A stretch of DNA of 64,000 nucleotides from an uncultured Pseudohongiella sp. (lineage in GTDB: Bacteria > Pseudomonadota > Gammaproteobacteria > Pseudomonadales > Pseudohongiellaceae). This document shows positions 28,926 through 38,010 of the stretch, one piece after another (the stretch's first letter is position 1; the number at the start of each line of letters is the position of its first letter). The translations under genes and the position numbers were made by a program. The stretch spans positions 120,928 to 184,927 of the forward strand of contig CAXBER010000005.1 of the NCBI GenBank assembly GCA_963974875.1, given 5' to 3'. Under the pieces are notes generated by a model that saw only the letters and a program-made list of their open reading frames with translations, searched no databases and had not been told where the DNA came from.

Positions 28926-29113
28926 ACTGGTATTCGCCTCAACTCTTTATGGATCTTGCGGTATATAAGAGGGTTTCTTGGCAGCTTGTCCAATGCTTCT
29001 TCAATGCACAAAAGGAAGTCGTGACCCAAACCAACCCGCTTGCTCTCGTAGATCGTGAATTGTTCTTCAATATCAAATTCGGCCTCGGGCCGAACCGTTA
29101 GCGTGTAGACCAT
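28901..29113 (-). pseudogene. ParE/RelE-family toxin, 3'-truncated
   Basis: VRPEAEFDIEE...YESKRVGLGHDF...YRKIHKELRRIPV, then an out-of-family tail; the FPY-containing C-terminus is missing. Confidence 0.75.
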
Positions 29114-29773
29114 TTACTTGGACAGAATTCGGGCTTTGACAGTCGACCAGGTCGAGCCGACGTTTTGGTCTATCTCGAACGCTGACAGACGGCGATCCAA
29201 TTCCTCACGCTGGGGAGCCGTTACGTCGATCTCGGCCTCTTCAGCGATCACACTGTCCCACAACGCCTCCTCCATATGCGAAAAGCGATGCGAGCCACCA
29301 GTAAAGGTATGCGCCGTCATTTGCGGTCCCAGCGCATCAAGGGTCGCCCGGGAGTCAAGCAGCTCGTCAGCCATGTCCAGTAGCACCATGCCTCGCGCTG
29401 AGGGCAGGAAGTCCGGATAACCACTGGCGGTATCAGCGGTCAGGGTAAACGGCCGGCCATAGTGATCAAGATGGGAACCTATGTATTTGCTCAGTATGGC
29501 CGAAGGCGCCATGACCGGATTGATTGCCACAAAGGGTTTGCCTGTTGCCTCGGACAGCCTAGAGACCAGAAAGCCGCCCATGGAGGTGCCGATCAGCAGA
29601 TCCGCTTGCTGCAGCAAGGGCTCTACATCGGCCAGGACTTTTTCATACCCCTGCGAATAGTCAGGCGCGAAGGCGGAGACATTGGCTATTTTCCTAAGCG
29701 CCACCTGCTTGTCGCCGTTAGGGTCGACCTGGGAGCCGAAGCCGTGGATGTACAGGATGTTTAGCTTGGTCAT
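29114..29773 (-). CDS. Chimera: YqiA/YcfP-like esterase fused to the C-terminal part of a putative addiction-module antitoxin
   Basis: YIHGFGS, IGTSMGG and GGSHRF, followed by ALWDSV...QREELDRRL...TWSTVKARI. Confidence 0.75.
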   Translation of the reverse strand: MTKLNILYIHGFGSQVDPNGDKQVALRKIANVSAFAPDYSQGYEKVLADVEPLLQQADLLIGTSMGGFLVSRLSEATGKPFVAINPVMAPSAILSKYIGSHLDHYGRPFTLTADTASGYPDFLPSARGMVLLDMADELLDSRATLDALGPQMTAHTFTGGSHRFSHMEEALWDSVIAEEAEIDVTAPQREELDRRLSAFEIDQNVGSTWSTVKARILSK

Positions 29774-29843
29774 GCGGGTGCGTTCCTTCCGCAGCGAAGC
29801 CGCGATAGGGCTCCTCACGCTGTTGATTTTTTAAAGGGTATAC

Positions 29844-30131
29844 TCATGTGCGAACTAACTTGATTTGCAGTTCATACCCAACGGCATGCGCATACTTTTG
29901 CAGCGTAGCCAGCGAAGGGGAGTGTTTGCCATTGCCCAGGGAAGACTCCAGTCGCGTCACTGCTGGTGGTTTGGTTCCCATCAGTGCCGCAACATCGGCC
30001 TGGCTAAGCCCTGCCGTTTGTCTCGCCTTGAGCATCTGGCGCAGAAGAGTAAATTCTGGCGCCATGTCATCGTACGCAGCTTTTACCTTGGGATTGGAAA
30101 GTGCTTTTGGTTTTAATTCACTATGGTTCAT
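29844..30131 (-). CDS. XRE/HigA-like HTH antitoxin (orphaned)
   Basis: VKAAYDDMAPEF...GLSQADVAALMGTKPPAVTRLE...PSLATLQKYAHAVG; ATG at 30131. Confidence 0.88.
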   Translation of the reverse strand: MNHSELKPKALSNPKVKAAYDDMAPEFTLLRQMLKARQTAGLSQADVAALMGTKPPAVTRLESSLGNGKHSPSLATLQKYAHAVGYELQIKLVRT

Positions 30132-30159
30132 TTTGTCCTCACTCAATCGTCCATGACAT
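30128..30159 (-). pseudogene. Scar of an almost completely deleted HigB/RelE-like toxin
   Basis: ATGTCATGGACGATTGAG (MSWTIE) is fused to GTGAGGACAAAATGA, which overlaps the antitoxin ATG. Promoter TTGCGC-16-TACCAT and operator AACATA-N5-TATGTT (30171-30187) remain. Confidence 0.65.
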
Positions 30160-30204
30160 TGGAGAATGGTAACATATTTGTTATGTTGCGCAAGAGGTTT
30201 GGTG

Positions 30205-30260
30205 TTGGGTCAATGGCAACGCCTCCTCCATATGCGAAAATCGATGCGAGCCGCCGGGTG
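30205..30260 (-). repeat. 3' fragment of the YqiA-like gene
   Basis: GGCGGCTCGCATCGATTTTCGCATATGGAGGAGGCGTTGCCATTGA, near-identical to 42335-42379. Confidence 0.9.
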
Positions 30261-30289
30261 TGCGCTGCTGGTCAAATATCACCTAGCGA

Positions 30290-32005
30290 CTATTCCCGCC
30301 TGAAATTCCACTCCGCCAGCTGCTGACTGGCCCTCAATCTGGCGCGCTGAAACTCCATGGCGTGGAACATATCCTCCACCGATCTGCTGTCCGGTCCCAG
30401 CAAGGGTAATGCCGCCTCTGCCTCGATAAAAAACTGTTGGCTGAGTTTGTCGTCATCCAGATAGGCGGCTTCCCACCAGTGCAGAATATTGCTGCGTGAA
30501 TCCTTGAGCAGCGCCGCGGATGGCAGTTTGTCTGCTTTCGAATTGTTGGCCGCTGAGGTGCTGGGCATCAGGTTCCACAAGTCATTGTTGAACCAGCGCG
30601 ACCAGGGGAAGCAATGATCGACTGCATAATTGTCCAGTTTCAGTTTCCTGCTGGTCCACACGCAACTGACTGGATTTCCCGAAGCTGAGAGGGCGCCAAT
30701 GCGTGCGCGCACACCGGCAGTGTCACGATCCGCGTCAATCCAGTCAAACACATTTGCATAGACGGCGTTGTCGTACTGGTGGCGCCAGGACTGCATCAGC
30801 CGTATCCACTCATTGAAAATGGCGGGTTCAATCCAGCAGGCATATTGGCTGAAGCATTGCCACAAATTCGCCGGGATGCGGAAGACGCCAAATCGGGCGA
30901 GATTGCCTTTGGTGATTTGCCAGGGTTTGGTGATCCGGCCGGCAGAGCCAGTGCTGCACTCGAATACCTGCCGGTTCTGGCCAGGCCAGGTGATGAAGTT
31001 GGCGGGCATGCGTTTGATGTTGACGCAGGCGTCACCGATCGCGCCCACCAGGCGGCGTGAAGTCTCGGCATCGAAGGTGGCGCCAACACGCAGGTCGAAG
31101 GGCGACAGGTCCTGCAGGCTGTAGAAGTTGTTCTTGCTGGCCCAGCCGTAGCCGCGTTGATTGCGGTGGTCGGCCGTGGGTGTCTGAATAAGATTATGAC
31201 GCAGCACCAACGGCATATAGGTTTTCAGCCAGTACAAACCCACCAGCCCAAAGGGGATATCGACCCAGTCGTCGGAGCGCTGCAACACCATGCCCGGCGC
31301 GCCTTCTGCAATTCGTACCAGCACCCGCAGCAGACCGAGTTTATAGGTAGCAGCCTTGTTGTCGTTGACGATGATGTGCCGCAGCAGCGGCAGAGCGCCC
31401 GTGCCATCGTCGGGCAGTTTGAAGGCCAGGTAGTCCCAGCTGACTTCAGGGCGTGAGACGTCGGCAATTGCGCGAGTGTCCCGCTTGCTGATCAGCGCCC
31501 GGTTCTGCGCCAAGCGAATGATGTCGTTGGTCTCGAAGGGATGGAAACGCCCGGCATCATCTGGCCCATGCCGTAGTGAGATGATCAGCAAACCGTCGGG
31601 TGCCAGCAACTCACTGATGATGCGCATGGCGCGCTCGTGCTCGCTGGGTTTTAAGTGCATCCAGACGGCGCTGATCAGGATTAGCTGAAAGCGCTGGTCC
31701 AGCGCACGCAGGCGTTTGAGTTCAGGCAGGCGATCATCCAGCCAGTTGACCGAGCCTTGCTGCGCAGCCTGACTCGACGTGTGTTGCTCGCCCAGCTTGC
31801 GTAGCTCATCTGCTGGCTCGACCGCAATAACGTCCCAGCCCTTGCCGGCAAGCCAGGTTGCGTCGCGACCGGAGCCGGCGCCGATGTCGCAGGCCAGGCC
31901 TGGTTGGTCTGGCAACAGATCTGACCAGCTTTGATGCAGGAGCGCCGGATCCGCAGACTGGTAGAAGCGGAACAGGTCGTTGGCGTGGTCGGAGTAGTAG
32001 GTCAT
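30290..32005 (-). CDS. Class I SAM methyltransferase fused to a C-terminal HNH endonuclease
   Basis: DIGAGSGRD, SAVWMHL; NNKAATYKLGLL; VDHCFPWS..NNDLWNLMP...NNSKADK; ATG at 32005. Confidence 0.85.
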   Translation of the reverse strand: MTYYSDHANDLFRFYQSADPALLHQSWSDLLPDQPGLACDIGAGSGRDATWLAGKGWDVIAVEPADELRKLGEQHTSSQAAQQGSVNWLDDRLPELKRLRALDQRFQLILISAVWMHLKPSEHERAMRIISELLAPDGLLIISLRHGPDDAGRFHPFETNDIIRLAQNRALISKRDTRAIADVSRPEVSWDYLAFKLPDDGTGALPLLRHIIVNDNKAATYKLGLLRVLVRIAEGAPGMVLQRSDDWVDIPFGLVGLYWLKTYMPLVLRHNLIQTPTADHRNQRGYGWASKNNFYSLQDLSPFDLRVGATFDAETSRRLVGAIGDACVNIKRMPANFITWPGQNRQVFECSTGSAGRITKPWQITKGNLARFGVFRIPANLWQCFSQYACWIEPAIFNEWIRLMQSWRHQYDNAVYANVFDWIDADRDTAGVRARIGALSASGNPVSCVWTSRKLKLDNYAVDHCFPWSRWFNNDLWNLMPSTSAANNSKADKLPSAALLKDSRSNILHWWEAAYLDDDKLSQQFFIEAEAALPLLGPDSRSVEDMFHAMEFQRARLRASQQLAEWNFRRE

Positions 32006-32145
32006 CTTGGCGCCACATTTTGAATTGTATCGAGTCTTGACGAGCACAAGTCGATTGTCAATGGTTGGGCTTGCTTGCGATAGCATGGCCAGACGACTAT
32101 GCTTGATCGATTGATTGGCTTAGGCATTAGCAAGGAGCAAGCAGG

Positions 32146-33006
32146 ATGGCCAGAAGGCGACGAACCAGCCCGATTGAGGATCTGATGGATGTTGTATCAA
32201 AGTTGCCATGGTGGTTCGGTCTGACGCTGGCCATAGTGTCCTATGTTTTCTTAAGCAACTACGCTGCAAATTCAACTGCTGCGATTGAAGCTAACACGGG
32301 GAATTCAGCGGCGTTTGTAAGAGCTACTTACCTGCATACGCTTGCAAGTTTCGGCCAGTACCTGCTGCCGGGCGTGTTTCTTATAGGCGCTATCGCCTCC
32401 CTGATAAACCGAACTAAACGCAAATCATTGTTCCGCAACGCAGTGAATTCAGAGTCCGGCTCAGCGGTGCGGGAAATGAGCTGGCGGGAATTCGAAATGC
32501 TGGTAGGGGAACTCTTCCGCAGGCGCGGATATGCAGTTGCAGAAAACGATGGCAGTGGCGCCGATGGCGGGGTCGATCTGAAATTACGCAAAGGCTCCGA
32601 AACCTTTCTGGTGCAATGCAAACAATGGCGAGCTTACAAAGTGTCGGTAAATATTGTTCGCGAACTTTACGGCGTGATGGCAGCAGAAGGAGCCGCAGGC
32701 GGGTTTGTGGTGACATCGGGGGTATTTACATCTGACGCAAAAGCGTTTGCCAGTGACAAAAATGTCGAGCTGATTGATGGTTCGCAGTTGAGCGCTCTTT
32801 TGCGGGAAACGCAATTGAAAAGCACCGCGGACAGCTGGCAAGCTAAACCTGACATGGAGACCGTCAGGCATAACACGAAGACACCGCCATGCCCTCAATG
32901 CGGTGGTGTAATGGTGAGGCGCACTGCCAGACGAGGACAAAATGCGGGGCGGGAATTCTGGGGGTGTTCGAGTTATCCGGGGTGCCGTGGGATTGTGAAT
33001 GGATGA
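32146..33006 (+). CDS. mrr: Mrr-family restriction endonuclease with N-terminal TM segments and C-terminal topoisomerase-type C4 zinc ribbon
   Basis: WREFEMLVGELF, ADGGVDL, VQCKQW; CPQCG...FWGCSSYPGC. Confidence 0.88.
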   Translation: MARRRRTSPIEDLMDVVSKLPWWFGLTLAIVSYVFLSNYAANSTAAIEANTGNSAAFVRATYLHTLASFGQYLLPGVFLIGAIASLINRTKRKSLFRNAVNSESGSAVREMSWREFEMLVGELFRRRGYAVAENDGSGADGGVDLKLRKGSETFLVQCKQWRAYKVSVNIVRELYGVMAAEGAAGGFVVTSGVFTSDAKAFASDKNVELIDGSQLSALLRETQLKSTADSWQAKPDMETVRHNTKTPPCPQCGGVMVRRTARRGQNAGREFWGCSSYPGCRGIVNG

Positions 33007-33074
33007 TGGGGGTCGCGCGACTTTCACCAAACCGGCGTGGGTGGCTGACGACACGAATCAACAATGAGGACTGT

Positions 33075-33353
33075 ATGAAAGAGATGTTGAGAGCTATCTT
33101 TTCGCCGGTGCTGGCGGTGTTTGAGAAAGGCGAACCTGCCGAGAGCTACCGGCCATCGCACCGGAAAATTTTGCTGGCCGTTGGCCTGCTGTTTTTCGTC
33201 CTGTTTGCCGTGTCTTTATATGTGGCGGTTAATTCGGCGCAACTGGCATCGTTTCTGCCGGCTTTGATTTTTGGGGTGGTGAGTCTGGTGAGCTTGGTGG
33301 TGGCGGGTCTTGGGCGTGATGTGGCTGTGGCGCGGATCTGGGGACTGAAGTAG
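33075..33353 (+). CDS. Small two-TM hypothetical membrane protein
   Basis: ATG at 33075 with GAGG RBS; two hydrophobic segments. Confidence 0.65.
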   Translation: MKEMLRAIFSPVLAVFEKGEPAESYRPSHRKILLAVGLLFFVLFAVSLYVAVNSAQLASFLPALIFGVVSLVSLVVAGLGRDVAVARIWGLK

Positions 33354-33358
33354 GGGGT

Positions 33359-33889
33359 TCATTTGGTTTGGTGGGGTTGGCGGAAGAATCGGTAGGACGC
33401 AAATACTGTGACAATGGCAAAGAGACCAACGGTTGGAGCTACGGTCACTGGTAAATACCATCCATCACCCCATGGTGCGCTAATAAAAACGAAAAACAAA
33501 TTCAGGCCAGTAAGCGCATAAAAGCGATAGTAGCTTGATGACGGCGCCAACTGGTAGTCGACATCGGAGAGTGAAAACGTGGATACCCCGTTTCTAAGCG
33601 TCAGCGTACTGATCCAGGTGACAAGAACAGGCGCTGATATCATTACCGCAAGAACACTGATCGTCTCGAATGACACCGGATCGTGTGTCAATTTCTTAAT
33701 GAATGCGTACCCGAATAACGGCACCGCCAGCATGCATTGAGCGACAAGAGAACACCTGAAGATCTGCAGTATGTTGAGAAACCGTTGGGGCTTGAAAGTA
33801 TAAGCCGACAGCTCTTGCCGCCTGTTCTGTGACAAAGGATTCGCCACACCGTTCAAATAGTAGATATCGCCATTCTTGTATATCGCCAT
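33359..33889 (-). CDS. Hypothetical membrane protein
   Basis: 176-aa ORF with about four TM segments; convergent with the previous gene. Confidence 0.6.
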   Translation of the reverse strand: MAIYKNGDIYYLNGVANPLSQNRRQELSAYTFKPQRFLNILQIFRCSLVAQCMLAVPLFGYAFIKKLTHDPVSFETISVLAVMISAPVLVTWISTLTLRNGVSTFSLSDVDYQLAPSSSYYRFYALTGLNLFFVFISAPWGDGWYLPVTVAPTVGLFAIVTVFASYRFFRQPHQTK

Positions 33890-33937
33890 GTCTTTTCATT
33901 TCTCGTGTTTGTTGATGGGCAATTCATTGATCAGGTT

Positions 33938-33963
33938 GCGATAGCCCGTTGAGGGGCTATCGC
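33938..33963. terminator. Hairpin (terminator- or REP-like)
   Basis: GCGATAGCCC-GTTGAG-GGGCTATCGC. Confidence 0.5.
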
Positions 33964-33997
33964 CGCCCCCGGCTCTGAGACAGTTTCGTGTCACTGG

Positions 33998-34114
33998 CTA
34001 GCGGTTTATAGCAGTTTCAGCCCACAAAAATTCGATTAATGGCAGCGCTTCATCCATATGCGAAAAACGATGCGAGCCGAAGCCGTGGATGTACAGGATG
34101 TTTAGCTTGGGCAT
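33998..34114 (-). pseudogene. Collapsed YqiA-like minigene (38 aa)
   Basis: MPKLNILYIHGFGS joined directly to HRFSHMDEALPLI; start and end of the gene are retained. Confidence 0.85.
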
Positions 34115-34202
34115 GATTTTTCCGTCTATTGGGGAACTGGACTTCCGGCGATTTCAGGGCTACTGTTGCCCTCCTCTAACACACTGATACAGTGAGGTTT
34201 TC

Positions 34203-36455
34203 ATGCGTGGCGCGTTAATTGTTGTCTTGCCCTTCATCCTTGTCGCCTGCGAGCGGGCAGCAACACCGATCACGGACGGGTCCGGTGAACAACTGACCAT
34301 CGAGCGTCTCTACGGCTCGCCAGATCTGACCGGCCCAACTGCCCGCAATGTGCAGTTCTCACCCGATGGCAGTCGCATCAGCTTCCTGCGCGCAAAAGTT
34401 GATGACCGCACCGTGCAGGATTTGTGGGCAATGGATGTTGCCACCGGCGAGGCCTATTTGCTGGTTGATGCGCGCCAGCTGGTACCAGAGGAGCGCGAGC
34501 TGACGGAGGCTGAAATCCAGTTCCGCGAGCGATCGCGCATCACCTCTTCCGGGGTGGTGACCTATCAATGGGACGAAACAGGCGCAGCGGTTCTGGTGCC
34601 TCTCGACGGCGATGTGTTCTACGTTGATGTGGAAAGCGCACAAACCCGCCGCCTGACCGAAACAGAGGCGTTTGAGACCGACGCCAAGGTCAGTCCAAAC
34701 GGCGGCTTCGTCTCCTTTATCCGCGACCAGAATCTATGGATACATGATCTGTCTACCGGGGAAGAGCGTGCCCTGACGACCGAAGGCGGTGGTGAAATCA
34801 GCTGGGGCATGGCCGAGTTTGTTGCCCAGGAAGAGATGAGCCGCTACACCGGTTACTGGTGGTCGCCCGATGACAGTCGCATCGCGGTTGCACGAGTGGA
34901 TGAAAGCCCGGTGATGGTGGTGGAGCGCTTCGGCATTTCTGCCGACGCTGTGTCGGTGTCGGAACAGCGGTATCCGCGGGCCGGCACGGCAAATGCCCTG
35001 GTGACACTGCACGTCATCGACCTTGGCTCTGGTGACATCGGTGAGGCCTCTGGCGAGATGCGCGAGATGGACCTGGGTAGCGATACCGACATCTACCTCA
35101 GCCGCGTCAACTGGAGCGAGTCTGGCGAGACCTTATGGGTGCAGCGACAGAATCGGGCGCAGACGCAGTGGGACTTGCTTGCACTTGATCCGCGCACGGG
35201 TGCTGAAGACACAACACGACGTATCACAGAGCAGGCAGATACCTGGATCAATCTGGCGCACGATCTGCGAACACTTGCCGGGGGCGGTCTGCTCTATCTC
35301 AGCGAACAATCCGGCTTTCGCCATATCCGTCATGTCGGCGCAGATGGCGTAGCCCGCGATATCACATCGGGTGATTGGGTGGTCGATAGCCTGGAAGCCG
35401 TCGACGAGGACGCGGGTACTGTCTGGTTCTCCGGCTGGCGGGACACACCATTGGAGCGCCACCTGTACTCAGTGAACCTTGATGGCGGCGAACCGCAGCG
35501 TATTACGTCTGGCGAAGGACGCTGGAACGTATCGGTCGGTTCTGGCGGGTCAGGCTTGATCGGCACCTATTCTGACATCGACACCCCGCCCAACACCGGG
35601 CTGTATTCCATTGCAGGTGAACGCATTGCCTGGGTGGAGGAAAACCCGCTGAACCAGGCTCATCCTTACGCGCCTTATCTGGCGCGTCATGTCCGGCCCG
35701 AGTATGGCACGCTGACGGCTGCAGACGGGCAGACCGAACTGCACTGGCAGATGTACCGGCCGGACCACTGCACTGCGGCGACGCCCTGTCCGGCCATTGT
35801 TCAGGTGTATGGCGGGCCAGGCGTACAGACTGTCACCAGGGGATGGCAGTCACTGCGCGATCAGATTCTTGCCCAGTCCGGCTACGTGCTTTTTAAGGTC
35901 GATAACCGGGGCAGTTCAAACCGCGGCCATGCCTTTGAAGCGCCGCTGCATCTGCGCATGGGTATTCTTGAAGTTGAGGACCAACTGGCCGGGCTGGACT
36001 GGCTGCAGGGGCGCGATTTTGTGGACGCCGACAGGGTGGGGCTGTGGGGCTGGTCCTATGGTGGCTACATGACATTGATGACCACGCTGCAGGCGCCGGG
36101 CAGGTTTGCCGCAGGCATTGCCGGGGCGCCGGTTACGGACTGGGCGCTATACGACACACACTACACCGAACGCTTCATGTCGACCCCGCAGGACAATGCC
36201 GAAGGGTATGACGCCGGCTCGGTCTTTGCCCACCTTGATGGTTACCAGACCCCTCTGCTGATTATTCACGGCATGGCGGATGACAACGTGACGTTTGATC
36301 ACTCCACCCGATTGTTCGCAGAGCTGCAAGAGCGCGGCCAGGTGTTCGAGATGATGACCTACCCAGGCCAACGCCACGGCATCCGTCCGCCCCCTCTGCA
36401 GACTCACTTGCTCAGAACGCAAATGGCGTTTTTTAACCGGTACTTGCGCGATTAA
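34203..36455 (+). CDS. S9 family dipeptidyl-peptidase IV-like lipoprotein
   Basis: Lipobox-like LVAC; AQEEM.RYTGYWWSPD; GWSYGGY; HGMADDNV; YPGQRHG. Confidence 0.93.
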   Translation: MRGALIVVLPFILVACERAATPITDGSGEQLTIERLYGSPDLTGPTARNVQFSPDGSRISFLRAKVDDRTVQDLWAMDVATGEAYLLVDARQLVPEERELTEAEIQFRERSRITSSGVVTYQWDETGAAVLVPLDGDVFYVDVESAQTRRLTETEAFETDAKVSPNGGFVSFIRDQNLWIHDLSTGEERALTTEGGGEISWGMAEFVAQEEMSRYTGYWWSPDDSRIAVARVDESPVMVVERFGISADAVSVSEQRYPRAGTANALVTLHVIDLGSGDIGEASGEMREMDLGSDTDIYLSRVNWSESGETLWVQRQNRAQTQWDLLALDPRTGAEDTTRRITEQADTWINLAHDLRTLAGGGLLYLSEQSGFRHIRHVGADGVARDITSGDWVVDSLEAVDEDAGTVWFSGWRDTPLERHLYSVNLDGGEPQRITSGEGRWNVSVGSGGSGLIGTYSDIDTPPNTGLYSIAGERIAWVEENPLNQAHPYAPYLARHVRPEYGTLTAADGQTELHWQMYRPDHCTAATPCPAIVQVYGGPGVQTVTRGWQSLRDQILAQSGYVLFKVDNRGSSNRGHAFEAPLHLRMGILEVEDQLAGLDWLQGRDFVDADRVGLWGWSYGGYMTLMTTLQAPGRFAAGIAGAPVTDWALYDTHYTERFMSTPQDNAEGYDAGSVFAHLDGYQTPLLIIHGMADDNVTFDHSTRLFAELQERGQVFEMMTYPGQRHGIRPPPLQTHLLRTQMAFFNRYLRD

Positions 36456-36615
36456 TGCAACGAAGGCAAGTCAATCTAAGAGGTGGGTAACTACAGAGAG
36501 TCGCGTGAGCGACGTGCTTTAGAGCTTCGCATAAATAAGCCGTATTAACTAATATCTTGAAAAACACCGGGATAGTAAAAAGTACTTGCAATTTGCCGGG
36601 CGCCTTGTAATGTCT

Positions 36616-36639
36616 GTCCCATGTCCTAGGACGCGGGAC
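36616..36639 (+). promoter_or_regulatory. Palindromic operator upstream of the HTH-NTase-PP2C operon
   Basis: GTCCC-AT-GTCCTAGGAC-GC-GGGAC. Confidence 0.6.
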
Positions 36640-36658
36640 GGTAAATGAGGTAATATTA

Positions 36659-37303
36659 ATGAAAAGTCAAGACATCGGACTGCTTTTAAAACTGGAATCC
36701 ATGGGCAAGTCAGGCCTGAGCCCGCAGCGTAAACTGCTGTCCGCATGGCCACATGACTGGAAAGACTGGGCCAGTAGTCCAGGTGATGCGGATTGGGCGG
36801 GCGACTGGGAAGGGTTGGATCTTGCGATCTCCGGGCCTTCGATCTATAGCGCTCGCAGCTTGGAAAAACTCACAGGCATCAGTAAGTCTCAGATAAATCT
36901 GTCCTTACGCCGCTGTGTCGATGTCGGGCTTGCCAAATACGACCGTAAAACAGGTGTGCCCAAGGCGAACTCCAGGGCGCTCTACGAGTTCATCAAATAC
37001 GGCCTAAAATACGTGTTTCCCGCCAAACCCGGTGAGCTGGTGCGCGGCATCGCAACCACATTCAGCGCGCCCATCCTGAAAGACAAGTTGTTGAGTGCCG
37101 GGGACTTCAAGCTGGTTTGGCCGAATGCTGACGGCAACACCAAGGGGTTGGCGATAGAACCCCTGTTCAAGTCAGTAGGCTATGCCGTGCGTTACGATCC
37201 CACGCTGTATGCCATGCTGGCTCTGGTCGATGCCATTCGGATCGGGCAGCCTCGGGAAAAAAACCTGGCGCAGGCCATGTTGCAGGAGTTACTCCAGCCA
37301 TGA
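36659..37303 (+). CDS. Winged-HTH protein, putative type IV TA-like antitoxin/regulator
   Basis: YSARSLEKLTGISKSQINLSLRRC HTH-like segment; LYEFIKYGLKYVFP; ATGA overlap with the next gene. Confidence 0.65.
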   Translation: MKSQDIGLLLKLESMGKSGLSPQRKLLSAWPHDWKDWASSPGDADWAGDWEGLDLAISGPSIYSARSLEKLTGISKSQINLSLRRCVDVGLAKYDRKTGVPKANSRALYEFIKYGLKYVFPAKPGELVRGIATTFSAPILKDKLLSAGDFKLVWPNADGNTKGLAIEPLFKSVGYAVRYDPTLYAMLALVDAIRIGQPREKNLAQAMLQELLQP

Positions 37304-38010
37304 GTCACCACGATACTCATATCGCCATGTTAAAAGCCGTTGCCAAGGCGCTGGGCGATAAATTGCGTTCGGAAATGGCGTTTGTTGGCGGCAGCACAAC
37401 AGGCTTGCTGATTACCGATGAGTTTACACGCGAACAGGTGCGGGGAACTGATGACGTTGATTTGATTGTCCATGTAATTGGTCACCGAGGATTTAATCTG
37501 CTGCAGAAGGAGCTGGCTGGACACGGTTTTCAAGTCGCAATGCCCATTCCTGGCGAGGCTCCACCTATTTGTGCCATGACACTCGGCCAGTTGCGGGTGG
37601 ATTTCATGCCCGATGATGAAGCAGTGCTGGGTTTCAGCAACCGGTGGTATCAGGAGGCCATTGCGACTGCCTGGCCTCATGATCTGGGAGATGGCTTGCA
37701 GATCAAGCTGGTTTCACCTCCGTATTTTATTGCTACCAAGCTGGAGGCATGGAATGGGCGAGGCAATGGCGATGCCCTGGAGAGCAGGGATATCGAAGAC
37801 ATCATCAACCTAGTGGACGGTCGGCCGGAGTTGCTGGATGAGGTCGCAGAGTGCTCACCAGAACTGCGTCAGTACATTGCTGTGGAAGTCGTGAAACTGC
37901 TTGAAGACAGCAACTTCGAGTACGCCATACAGAGTCACACCGGTAACTCATCTGAGCGCGAGTCCATTATATTTTCTCGCTTCGAGAAACTTGGCGGGAT
38001 CAGCGCTTAA
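37300..38010 (+). CDS. AbiEii-like nucleotidyltransferase
   Basis: FVGG...RGTDDVD; KLEAW..RG....SRDIEDI. Confidence 0.75.
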   Translation: MSHHDTHIAMLKAVAKALGDKLRSEMAFVGGSTTGLLITDEFTREQVRGTDDVDLIVHVIGHRGFNLLQKELAGHGFQVAMPIPGEAPPICAMTLGQLRVDFMPDDEAVLGFSNRWYQEAIATAWPHDLGDGLQIKLVSPPYFIATKLEAWNGRGNGDALESRDIEDIINLVDGRPELLDEVAECSPELRQYIAVEVVKLLEDSNFEYAIQSHTGNSSERESIIFSRFEKLGGISA

